Origin: Microcoleus sp.
Lineage (GTDB): Bacteria > Cyanobacteriota > Cyanobacteriia > Cyanobacteriales > Microcoleaceae
DNA: 64,000 nucleotides
NCBI GenBank assembly: GCA_042408215.1
Contig: JAYFMW010000006.1
Coordinates: 384,001-448,000 of the forward strand
Direction: 5' to 3'
Below the pieces are notes generated by a model. It saw nothing but the letters and a program-made list of their open reading frames with translations. It made no database searches and was not told the origin of the DNA. Every line of letters starts with the position of its first letter. Positions within the stretch are counted from its first letter, which is position 1. Positions 1-9,073 of the stretch are shown here, piece after piece. Made by a program: the position numbers and the translations under genes.

Positions 1-436
1 GAGCAATTGCAACCCAATGAATAAGCGGTGATAGTTGTGCAACTTTGATTACTTTTAAAGGAATTAAATCGGCGATCGCTCAATATTCAGAAACTGCTAC
101 ACAAAAATTAATAAAAATATATATTATTATGTAAACATAGTGAAGTTCGATCGCGACAGGTGCAGCTAAAGTTAAGATCGGACAAACTTATTCCTCAAGA
201 TAGATGACATTTTGAGGAAAAAACATCATCTAATTGATTAGCTCGCTAGTCAGCGAAGCTCCTGAGCCAAAAATATGCTTTTGACACGCCCACTACAAGC
301 GTTTGGAGCAATCTTCAGACACAAACCTTCAAATAATATCTCGATCGAGCAAAAAAGTAGTAAAAATTATTGGGAGGGGAATATTTCTCCCCATCCAAAT
401 CAACAAAATGACTGGTGTATCCAACTGGAGATGCTG

Positions 437-1165
437 ATGAGTAACGTGAAATCTTCCTGCACCAACGAAGAAATTACCGCATGGCTGCGCGGATTGCTGA
501 CAATTGCCTGGGCTGACGGCAATTTTGACGAAAACGAGCAAAAACTGATTGCTATTCTGACTCACGATGAATTACATCCCGTATCTTTGGAGGCTGGTTT
601 TGAACCCATTACCCCTCTTGAACTAGCTGCTGTGTTAGGGAAAGGCACCGCCAAAGGCGAAAATTTCTTGAGAACCGCAGTCATGGTAGCCTTGGCAGAT
701 GGTACTTATTCTTTCTGCGAAGATGAGGTACTCTACGGGTTTTGTAAGGCTTTGGGGCACAACGTAGAGGCGATCGCATCTCTGCGGCACACCATCGAAG
801 ACAGCAAGTGCGATGATCCGCAGGGGCCCAGCAGCCAAATAGTCTTTGATTTGAATGCCACCCCCGCCGGAACACCCCTTTCATCTGGGCTACCTAAACC
901 TCACCACAAAAAAGTCCTGCAACCAGTAAAAGACTGGCTCGACGGCTGGGATATCCACGACCCCAGGGTGGCACACTTTATCTGTAAAATTATTCCGCCG
1001 CAGTGTCCGTTTGAGCGCGATATCATGTTATTTGGTCACAAAATCGTGCACATTCCGGCGATGTGCCAGATTAACCCGCTTTACGAACAGTTGGTGGGGA
1101 TGCGCTTTCGGGCTCTGTGCTATTTGGCAGATGATTGCGGCGAGGATGTATCGTCATACTGTTAG
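437..1165 (+). CDS. TerB-like domain plus 'Mo-dependent nitrogenase C-terminal' domain protein
   Basis: WLRGLLTIAWADG and AVMVALADG TerB-like motifs; C-terminal IPPQCPFERD...HIPAMCQINPLYEQLVGMRFRALCYLAD is typical of this cyanobacterial family. Start moved from 275 to the ATG at 437 (GGAG at 427-430). Confidence 0.8.
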   Translation: MSNVKSSCTNEEITAWLRGLLTIAWADGNFDENEQKLIAILTHDELHPVSLEAGFEPITPLELAAVLGKGTAKGENFLRTAVMVALADGTYSFCEDEVLYGFCKALGHNVEAIASLRHTIEDSKCDDPQGPSSQIVFDLNATPAGTPLSSGLPKPHHKKVLQPVKDWLDGWDIHDPRVAHFICKIIPPQCPFERDIMLFGHKIVHIPAMCQINPLYEQLVGMRFRALCYLADDCGEDVSSYC

Positions 1166-1660
1166 TAGTCATTAGTCATTAGTCATTAGTCATTAGTCAT
1201 TAGTCAGCAGTCATTAGTCATTAGTCAGCAGTCATTAGTCATTAGTCAGCAGCAATAAATTCTGCACAGACGACTAAGTGCAGAAGTTTACGAGCAAACT
1301 AAAAAAGATGATAATTATACTCGGACTTGGTATAATGAATGACTGCTGACTAATAGACTTCTCCTCTCAAAGCAGGTTTTGAACAGGCTTTCCTGCCTGT
1401 TACACAATAATTATGGGAGATGTGTAATGACTAATGACTAATGACTCATGACTAATGACTAATGACTCATGACTCATGACTCATGACTACTGACCAATGA
1501 CTAATGACTAATGACTCATGACTAATGACTAATGACTAATGACTAATGACTCATGACTACTGACCAATGACTAATGACTCATGACTAATGACTAATGACT
1601 CATGACTAATGACTCATGACTAATGACTAATGACCAATGACTAATGACTACTGACTAATA
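1166..1660. repeat. Two inverted STRR heptamer arrays: (TAGTCAT)n at ~1166-1252 and (ATGACTA)n at ~1425-1660
   Basis: Tandem 7-mers visible directly; the two arrays are reverse complements of each other. Confidence 0.9.
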
Positions 1661-1668
1661 ACTAAATT

Positions 1669-2709
1669 ATGCAATTTATCGATCGAGCAGATATTCAAGT
1701 CGCAGCAGGAAAAGGCGGCGACGGTATGGTAGCTTTTCGCAGAGAAAAGTATGTACCAGCGGGGGGGCCCTCTGGCGGCACAGGCGGCAAGGGCGGTTCT
1801 GTGTTTATGGTGGCGGTGGAAAGTTTGCAAACCCTGCTGGATTTTCAGTACAACCGCATTTTTAAAGCCGAAGACGGGAAGCGGGGCGCACCGAAAAATA
1901 TGACGGGTGCTGGAGGGGACGATCGGATTATTGAAGTTCCCTGCGGTACAGTAGTTTACGACGCCGAAACTCAGGCAATCTTAGCAGATTTGGTGACACC
2001 CGGACAGACTTTTTGCGTAGCTAAAGGCGGCAAAGGCGGTTTGGGAAATAAGTGTTTTCTGACTAATTCTAACCGCGCTCCCGATTATGCGATGCCGGGA
2101 AAGGAAGGAGAACACAAATTTTTGCGTCTGGAATTGAAGCTATTAGCTGAAGTGGGAATTCTTGGTATGCCGAATGCTGGCAAATCTACCTTAATTTCAG
2201 CTTTGTCTGCGGCTCGCCCCAAAATAGCAGATTATCCGTTTACAACTTTAGTCCCGAATTTGGGTGTAGTCAGAAAACCGACTGGAGATGGTACTGTTTT
2301 TGCTGATATTCCGGGATTAATTGAAGGAGCTCATGAAGGTGCGGGTCTGGGTTACGAGTTTTTGCGGCACATCGAACGGACTCGGTTGTTACTCCATTTG
2401 ATTGATGTTACAGATGAAGCTCCGATCGCCAATTACATCACAATTCAGGAAGAATTGAAAGCTTACAGGCGTGGTTTAGCCAATCGCCCGCAGATTTTGG
2501 CTTTTAATAAGGTAGATGCGATCGATCTCGAAAGCGAAGAAATGGGTAATTTAATCAGCAGACTTCAAGAAATCAGTGGCGCTCCTGTTTTGTTGATTTC
2601 CGCCGTTAGTAGAGTTGGATTAGATGAATTGATGCACCAGGTTTGGCAGAAACTCGACGAGATGAACGAGAAAGAGGCGGCGGAACTCTTAGCCGTCGCG
2701 AGTGTTTAA
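1669..2709 (+). CDS. obgE: GTPase ObgE/CgtA
   Basis: MQFIDRA..GKGGDG..FRREKYVPAGGPSGG Obg fold; G1 GMPNAGKST, DYPFTTLVPNLG, DIPG, NKVD. Confidence 0.97.
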   Translation: MQFIDRADIQVAAGKGGDGMVAFRREKYVPAGGPSGGTGGKGGSVFMVAVESLQTLLDFQYNRIFKAEDGKRGAPKNMTGAGGDDRIIEVPCGTVVYDAETQAILADLVTPGQTFCVAKGGKGGLGNKCFLTNSNRAPDYAMPGKEGEHKFLRLELKLLAEVGILGMPNAGKSTLISALSAARPKIADYPFTTLVPNLGVVRKPTGDGTVFADIPGLIEGAHEGAGLGYEFLRHIERTRLLLHLIDVTDEAPIANYITIQEELKAYRRGLANRPQILAFNKVDAIDLESEEMGNLISRLQEISGAPVLLISAVSRVGLDELMHQVWQKLDEMNEKEAAELLAVASV

Positions 2710-2819
2710 TCGCTTTCCGGTTCCTCGAATTTCGGTGAATCGGTAGGTGTTTTATTGAATTGGTCAAATCTTTAGGCTGTATGGCTGCTGCGGCAAACAT
2801 TTGATTCCCTTTGTCTGGA

Positions 2820-2924
2820 AAAAAGATGCACCCAAATCCCGATCGGGGATTGAAACCTGGTAAAGGGCGATCGATTGCAATATTTGGCCAGCAAACAACC
2901 CAAATCTGGCTCAGGGATTGAAAC
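2820..2924 (+). CRISPR. Orphan degenerate mini-array: two ~37-nt repeats and one ~31-nt spacer
   Basis: Both units end ACCCAAATC-N6-GGGATTGAAAC (ends at 2856 and 2924); the first has an AATCCC/GGGATT stem; resembles cyanobacterial type I-D repeats. No cas genes in the window. Confidence 0.5.
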
Positions 2925-2943
2925 GGAAATCAATATAGCAAAA

Positions 2944-3260
2944 TACAGCGTATCCCAGGTTTATGAAGTGCAGTAGGGACACTCAAGCGTGCCCTTCTTA
3001 GTGTCAACTTAACGTTAAACCCAGTCAGAGACTGCTGTTTGACTATTAAGGCCAGATCCCCCCTAGCCCCCCTTAAGAAGGGGGGGACAGGAGTCTTCTC
3101 AAAGTCCCCCTTCTTAAGGGGGATTTAGGGGGATCTAGACTTGGCGTAAAACCCAGATTTCTCAAGGGTTTCAGGCTTAAGTTGACACCTATGGGCACGC
3201 TTGAGTGTCCCTACGGGGATCGATAGGCGGGTGTACTTCATAAACCTGCAATCTGCTGTA
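2944..3260. mobile_element. Nested MITE/REP composite
   Basis: Outer TIR TACAGC..CAGGTTTATGAAGT / ACTTCATAAACCTG..GCTGTA; inside it a GTAGGGACAC REP pair; inside that a GTGTCAACTTAA/TTAAGTTGACAC TIR element; innermost CCCCCTTAAGAAGGGGG hairpins. Confidence 0.8.
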
Positions 3261-3505
3261 GATTTACCGGGTAACTTACCCGACATTTAACTAGCGTTTC
3301 CTAGCCGATAGTAATGATGAATTCATCCTCGTACTCGGTCAAGCCATCCCTCGTCCGAAGTATCTCCCAAATCTCATAGACATTTCTAAAAACTCTTGTG
3401 GTGTAGGCATCCTGCCAGCCCTTGACTGGATTTTTCCCAGATGTCTAATATAGTCAGATGGGATTGCAATTTAATATCGATCGCTAGTATTGCACAGTTG
3501 TTCAC

Positions 3506-3904
3506 TCATTGGGATAACTGGCGAATTGGCCCATTGTAATTAACTCTCACCCTTCCATTGTGAGAAACCGTAACAACAGTTTCTACAGTATAGACAGACG
3601 CACCGGGTTTGTGTCCTTGAAAAATAAAAGTCCAAGTCCCATTACCATTGTCTACAAAAGGCGATTCTTGAGCAGGACCGTGCATAGCAGCTTCGGCTCG
3701 ATATTTACCTAAACCGCCGTTAGCAACTTCTGCTGCTTGACGAGCTAGATTTTTTGCCCGACTCAGTTCGAGATTATTGTCAATTATGATCGCCCTGTCG
3801 GCTTCATATCGAGGTGCAGGATGAGCATTACTCAAGGTGGGGAAGACTCCAACAGCTAAAGTTGAGAGCGCTACCAGACAAGCAAGTCGGATGTTGAGTT
3901 TCAT
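3506..3904 (-). CDS. Secreted conserved cyanobacterial protein, tandem copy 1
   Basis: Signal-peptide-like N-terminus; near-identical to 4256-4654 (shared LELSRAKNLARQAAEVANGGLGKYRAE). Confidence 0.8.
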   Translation of the reverse strand: MKLNIRLACLVALSTLAVGVFPTLSNAHPAPRYEADRAIIIDNNLELSRAKNLARQAAEVANGGLGKYRAEAAMHGPAQESPFVDNGNGTWTFIFQGHKPGASVYTVETVVTVSHNGRVRVNYNGPIRQLSQ

Positions 3905-4255
3905 AAAACAAACTGATTTATAGTTTAGTAAACTCTACGAGACTTGCCCGAAAAAACCAGGTTGAATTTTCAATTTTTTATGTTTATTTTAGAATCAACC
4001 AGGGTGTTCTGTTTGTTGACAATGTAATTATGTCATTCTGAGCGAAGTGAAGAATGACACATAAGCTTTGCGTAAGTCCTGTTTTAGATTGATATTAAAT
4101 CCTCTCTTCATCGGAATGATATAAACGGAGGACACGGCTTGGCCTTAGTCCCTACAATTAATGGGGTAGGGACTAAGGCCAAGCCGTCTCCTCGGTATCA
4201 TTCCGATGCAACCGGAAACGATATGATGTACTGAGCTGTTTGCACAGTTGTTTAC

Positions 4256-4654
4256 TCATTGGGATAACTGACGAATTGGCCCATTGTAATCAACTCTCAC
4301 GGTTCCATCTTGAGAAACCGTAACAACAGTTTCTACAGTATAGACAGACGCACCGGGTTTTTGTCCTTTAAAAGTAAAAGTCCAACTCCCATCGCCATTG
4401 TCAACAAACGGCGATTCCTTAGCAGGACCGTGCATAGCAGTTTCAGCTCGATATTTACCTAAACCGCCGTTAGCAACTTCTGCTGCTTGACGAGCTAGAT
4501 TTTTTGCCCGACTCAGTTCGAGATTATTGTCAATTATTATCACCCTGTCGGCCTCATATTGAGGAGCAGGATTAGCATTACTCAAGGTGGGGGAGACTCC
4601 AACAGCTAAAATTGAGAGCGCTACCAGACAAGCAAGTCGGATGTTGATTTTCAT
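4256..4654 (-). CDS. Secreted conserved cyanobacterial protein, tandem copy 2
   Basis: Paralog of 3506-3904, same length (132 aa). Confidence 0.8.
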   Translation of the reverse strand: MKINIRLACLVALSILAVGVSPTLSNANPAPQYEADRVIIIDNNLELSRAKNLARQAAEVANGGLGKYRAETAMHGPAKESPFVDNGDGSWTFTFKGQKPGASVYTVETVVTVSQDGTVRVDYNGPIRQLSQ

Positions 4655-4859
4655 AAAACAAATTGATTTATAGTTTGATCAATTCTAGGAGAATTGCGCC
4701 GAAAAAACCCGGTTGAATTTTCAATTTTTCACCTGACTTACGCAACTGGCACATGGGTAGGGTGCGTCAGAACCCAAAAACCTGTTTTCAGCGAAATAAT
4801 CGATGTCTGACGCACCATACAATCTGCTGTAACTTGCCAGAAAAAACCAGGTTGAATTT

Positions 4860-6527
4860 TCAATTGTTTATTTTTATTTTAGAATCAACCTGCGCTTCCC
4901 CGTCGTTCAAATAGCGGTAACTTATCCGAGAAATATCCCGAATCAAACTTCCAGCAGCCTTCTCGGTTTCCGGGGAATGCTTCACCATCACCGCCACTAC
5001 ATAACGCTTGTTGTTCGGCAAATCCACCATGCCGGCATCGGCCAGCATTGTATTAATATTGCCCGTTTTGTGAGCAATAGTCGCTCCTTCGCCCAAACCT
5101 TTTGGTAGCAAAGCATCATTCTGAGTTTGCCGCATGATTTGCAAGATGCGATCGCGCGATTTCACCGAAACTAAATTACCCCGATCGATCTGAGCCATTA
5201 CATTAATCAAATCCTTCGGACTGGTAGTATTCGTTCCTTCCAAATCCGGCAACTTATTACGGAGCACAGTCGCGCTCAAACCCCAAGTTGCAAAATGCTG
5301 ATTCAAAACCTCAGCACCTCCCAACAACTCAATCATCATATTTGTCGCAGTATTATCGCTGACAACAATCATCTTTCTTGCGACTTCCAAAGCCGAATAC
5401 TTTCTACCCGGAGATTCGTCTTGCATTTCTCCAGAACCGCCCACAATGTGTTCTTCCCGCAGCGTCAGCATCTGATCTAAATGTACTTTGCCTTCATCTA
5501 CAGCTTGGAAAAAAGCTACTAAGATTGGCACTTTAATGGTGCTAGCTGAAGCAAAAGTAGCATCGCCATTCAAATTTAGGTAGCTTCCAGTATCTAAATC
5601 AACCAGAAATATTCCTGCTGTCAAATTAGCATTTTCGGTTGCCAAAACCTGAATTTGCGTTTTCAGGGCGGCTAATTCTTGATTTAGTTGCAGTACAACT
5701 GGGACAGCGGCTGTGGCGGAGTTGCTGTCACCTTCTGCTGGGTTTTTTTTGCCGTCGGCCGTGGCGGTGGTTGGGTCGGAGACAGCAGCCGTCGATCGAC
5801 TCACAGCACTCACCACTGACAACAGTGTCCCGCAAATCACCGCTATCCCAACTCCCAAAATCAGCAAGCGGGTAGCGTACACCAAGGGTGGCACGTTCCG
5901 AGGTGCAGGCCGTTTCCCCGGTTTAGCCATGCCTTGCGGGCGTGGTTTTGGGACAGGGCGTTTTTTGACCTGGGTCGGCATTTCAGTGTCTGCAATGCGC
6001 TCTGGGGGCGAACTGAGACGACTTCCGGGACGGGGTGCAGGGTTCCTTGGCTGCTGCAACTGGCTGTTGGGATTGCTGGCGATCGGGCTGACGTTTTCCC
6101 GATCGGCTCCGGGATCGAACAAATCGACAGTAGCGAGGCCTTTTTTGCGAGATTGACGGCTTTTGGATTGGGGAGTTTGGCTCTTTGCCGGTTTTTTGCG
6201 GCTAATTGCAGATTTGGGATTGGATAAAAAATCTGGTGTGTTCAATTCTGCGGGGGGAGTAGCCCCGGAATTGGCTCTATTTCTGCTGCGGCTTGTTGGT
6301 TGTGGCGGCAAAGTCGAAGGTACTGGTGCGGTAGGGGGAACTTCCGGCTTGGCTTTCTGTGGTTGCTTCTGGCTCCGACTCCCCGATTGGCCAGACTGAT
6401 TTGTTTGGCCCGACTTAGACGGCTTGGAGCCTGACTTGGGAGAGGATATTGAGGAGATCACTGAGAATATCGATCGCTTTGGAAACCGCTCTGCCACGTT
6501 TGACTCCTTCACCACTGTAAACTTCAA
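4860..6527 (-). CDS. Serine hydrolase, class A beta-lactamase-like PBP, with long disordered N-terminus and one TM helix
   Basis: SxxK (ASTIK), SDN and KTG motifs; hydrophobic LLILGVGIAVICGTLLSVV segment. Confidence 0.88.
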   Translation of the reverse strand: MKFTVVKESNVAERFPKRSIFSVISSISSPKSGSKPSKSGQTNQSGQSGSRSQKQPQKAKPEVPPTAPVPSTLPPQPTSRSRNRANSGATPPAELNTPDFLSNPKSAISRKKPAKSQTPQSKSRQSRKKGLATVDLFDPGADRENVSPIASNPNSQLQQPRNPAPRPGSRLSSPPERIADTEMPTQVKKRPVPKPRPQGMAKPGKRPAPRNVPPLVYATRLLILGVGIAVICGTLLSVVSAVSRSTAAVSDPTTATADGKKNPAEGDSNSATAAVPVVLQLNQELAALKTQIQVLATENANLTAGIFLVDLDTGSYLNLNGDATFASASTIKVPILVAFFQAVDEGKVHLDQMLTLREEHIVGGSGEMQDESPGRKYSALEVARKMIVVSDNTATNMMIELLGGAEVLNQHFATWGLSATVLRNKLPDLEGTNTTSPKDLINVMAQIDRGNLVSVKSRDRILQIMRQTQNDALLPKGLGEGATIAHKTGNINTMLADAGMVDLPNNKRYVVAVMVKHSPETEKAAGSLIRDISRISYRYLNDGEAQVDSKIKINN

Positions 6528-6551
6528 GTTTAAGATTTTTAATGTTGCTCG

Positions 6552-7400
6552 CTAGCTTTCTCCCTGAGTGTCGCCCGGACAATCCGGCAACGCCCCATCC
6601 AGAGTATCAGAAACTGGAGCGATCGCGTAGGATTTCAATGCCCATTCTACTTGGCGGAGGATGCCCCGCAACATGGAGACTTCATCAACAGTCGGATAGG
6701 CGCGATTATACAAATGGCGAAATTTTGCCATCCGGCTGGCTGCTGTGTGGGGATGCAAGTATCCTATTTTTAACAGCAAAGTTTCTAGTTGCTGGTAGTA
6801 TCCCTCTAAATTTTCAAAGGTAGCAGAGGCGATCGGAATTGAAGGATTTTCTTCCTCATTCCTTCTCTGTACCCTGAGCCCTTCGACTTCGATCGGGGTA
6901 AACGCAGTCGTTGGGTCTTCTTTTCTATATAATTCGTAGCAGCAGACAGCGACGGCTTGGGCGAGATTTAGGGATGTGTAAGCGTCGCTGGAGGGAATGC
7001 GGATTAGGCGCTGAGCATAGTTTAATTCGGCGTTGGTGAGGCCGCAGTCTTCTCGACCAAAAATTAGGGCGCTGGGGGCTTCTTTGAGCCAAGGTAAGGC
7101 ATCTGCGGGTTCTTCTCGCTTTGTTGCTAAGGGGCGATCGTCTCCTGTAGTTGCGATCGCCCTAGTACAGCCTACCAAAGCTTCGGGCAAACTCTCAACT
7201 ACTCTGGCATTTTCCAATATGTCGGCGGCGCGAACAGCCATTAGTCGAGCCTCTTCCCCTAAATAATCGCACTGGGGATTGACCAAAACTAATTGGTGCA
7301 AACCCATATTTTTCATCACGCGAGCTACAGAACCGACATTCAAAGGGCCTGCGGGTTCGACTAAGATAATTCGGATTTTGGCTGATGCCGTTTCTAGCAT
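6552..7400 (-). CDS. trmJ: SPOUT tRNA methyltransferase, TrmJ/TrmH group
   Basis: ILVEPAGPLNVGSVARVMKNMG, IFGREDCGLTNAEL, SLNLAQAV motifs. Confidence 0.88.
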   Translation of the reverse strand: MLETASAKIRIILVEPAGPLNVGSVARVMKNMGLHQLVLVNPQCDYLGEEARLMAVRAADILENARVVESLPEALVGCTRAIATTGDDRPLATKREEPADALPWLKEAPSALIFGREDCGLTNAELNYAQRLIRIPSSDAYTSLNLAQAVAVCCYELYRKEDPTTAFTPIEVEGLRVQRRNEEENPSIPIASATFENLEGYYQQLETLLLKIGYLHPHTAASRMAKFRHLYNRAYPTVDEVSMLRGILRQVEWALKSYAIAPVSDTLDGALPDCPGDTQGES

Positions 7401-7403
7401 TTA

Positions 7404-7624
7404 ATTTGGGAATTGGTAATTGGGCATTGGGCATTGGGCATGGGGCATTGGTAATTGGGCATTGGTAATTGGTAATTGGGCATTGGTAATTGGTAATTGG
7501 TAATTGGCTATTAAAAAAATCACTAACAAGTAACCATTCCCGATTCCCGATTCCCGATTCCCGATTCCCGATTCTCGATTCCCGATTCTCGATTCCCGAT
7601 TCCCGATTCCCAATTCCCGATTCC
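7404..7624. repeat. STRR arrays (TTGGTAA/TTGGGCA)n and (TTCCCGA)n
   Basis: Tandem heptamers visible directly. Confidence 0.9.
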
Positions 7625-7674
7625 CTCACCTAACTGAGAAAGGCTATAGTCAATCTACTATTGTCAAAATTAGC

Positions 7675-7830
7675 ATGGCCAAGCAGATCTTGAAATCCGA
7701 TTTACCTACAAAAATGTGTCCGGTGTGCGATCGACCTTTTACTTGGCGCAAAAAATGGGCTGACTGTTGGGATGAGGTAAAATACTGCTCGGAGCGCTGC
7801 CGCCGTCGTCGCAATACCGATCGAGATTAA
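7675..7830 (+). CDS. DUF2256 family small Cys-rich protein (51 aa), absent from the ORF track
   Basis: Manual translation: [51 protein letters not shown]. Confidence 0.88.
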   Translation: MAKQILKSDLPTKMCPVCDRPFTWRKKWADCWDEVKYCSERCRRRRNTDRD

Positions 7831-7894
7831 GCATCTGTTGCAATTTGCCTCAACAACGCTAAGATTGCAAAAGAAAAATTTCAGGTTAGAAAAT

Positions 7895-8869
7895 ATGGCA
7901 TCGCAACAGGTACAACCAAAGCTAGTTATTCACGGCGGTGCCGGCAGTTCTCTCCAGGGTAAGGGCGGACTTGAGGCCGTGCGTAAATCGCTTTACAATG
8001 TTTTGGAGGAGGTTTATCCGCTGCTGAAAGACGGTGCGAGTGCTGTAGATGCAGTGGTGCGCGGCTGTCGGTTATTGGAAGATGACCCTCGCTTCAATGC
8101 GGGTACGGGTTCTGTGGTGCAGTCGGATGGTCAAATTCGGATGAGTGCTTCGCTGATGGATGGTTTTGTGCAGCGTTTCAGCGGGGCGATTAATGTTTCT
8201 CGCGTTCAGCATCCGATCGAACTTGCTAAATTTTTGCAGAGTTCGGACGATCGCGTACTCTCAGATTATGGCTCAGCGGAATTGCTGCGAGAACTTCAGT
8301 TACCGATTTACGATCCGATGACTGATTTGCGTTTGCACGAGTGGATGGAGGAACGCAAAGGTAATTTTAGCAGAGCAATGGCTGGAGTTGTCGCTGAACC
8401 GACCTCACCCCCCCTGTCCCCCCTTGGTAAGGGGGGAGAAAGGGGGGTAGGGACGATCGGAGTGGTAGCTTTGGATGCTGAGGGACGTTTGGCTGCGGGT
8501 ACTTCGACTGGCGGCAAGGGTTTTGAGCGCATTGGGCGAGTTAGCGATTCTGCGATGCCGGCAGGGAATTATGCGACTGGAAATGCGGCGGTAAGTTGTA
8601 CAGGAATTGGCGAACATATTATGGATGAATGTTTGGCTGCCAAAATTGTGATTCGGGTGACGGATGGTTTTAGTTTAAAAGCTGCTTTAGAGCGTTCTTT
8701 TGCTGAAGCTGACGAACATAAACGGGATTTTGGAGCAATTGGAATTGATGCTAGTGGTGCGATCGGCTGTGGTAAAACTAGCGATATACTTCTGGGTGCT
8801 TTTCACAACGGTATGGAAATGGGTGATACCTTGGAAATGAGCAAGGGAACGCTGATTTTTATTGCTTAA
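7895..8869 (+). CDS. iaaA: Isoaspartyl peptidase/L-asparaginase (Ntn hydrolase)
   Basis: IHGGAG, LEDDPRFNAG, G-TIGVVALD nucleophile Thr, STGG, GRVSDS; start at ATG 7895. Confidence 0.9.
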   Translation: MASQQVQPKLVIHGGAGSSLQGKGGLEAVRKSLYNVLEEVYPLLKDGASAVDAVVRGCRLLEDDPRFNAGTGSVVQSDGQIRMSASLMDGFVQRFSGAINVSRVQHPIELAKFLQSSDDRVLSDYGSAELLRELQLPIYDPMTDLRLHEWMEERKGNFSRAMAGVVAEPTSPPLSPLGKGGERGVGTIGVVALDAEGRLAAGTSTGGKGFERIGRVSDSAMPAGNYATGNAAVSCTGIGEHIMDECLAAKIVIRVTDGFSLKAALERSFAEADEHKRDFGAIGIDASGAIGCGKTSDILLGAFHNGMEMGDTLEMSKGTLIFIA

Positions 8870-8948
8870 AAAGCGTTCTGGATCGGTAGTTCAGATCCTC
8901 GACTTCTTGGAGAAGTCGGGGAGTGCGATCGGTGTTAGTTTTACCAAT

Positions 8949-9055
8949 TATCTTGTTTCCGGCTGCATCGGAATGATTTAACCGCAGAGAACACAGAGGA
9001 CACAGAGGAAGAGAATAGAGAGATGAATAATTCAGATGCTACCGGATTTGATATT
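8949..9055. mobile_element. MITE with TATC..TCCGG(C/T)TGCATCGGAAT-type TIR
   Basis: Inverted ends ..TCCGGCTGCATCGGAAT / ATTCAGATGCTACCGGATTTGATA; related ends at ~4100-4225, ~33000-33838 and ~55953-55980. Confidence 0.7.
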
Positions 9056-9073
9056 ACTGAATTTGTCTCGACT

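Noticed and set aside
275..1165. Nitrogen fixation gene
   Set aside because: The family name is historical; no nitrogenase motifs or nif genes in the window.
7195..7629. ORFs with GIGNRES/PITNYQ repeats
   Set aside because: Translations of STRR heptamer arrays.
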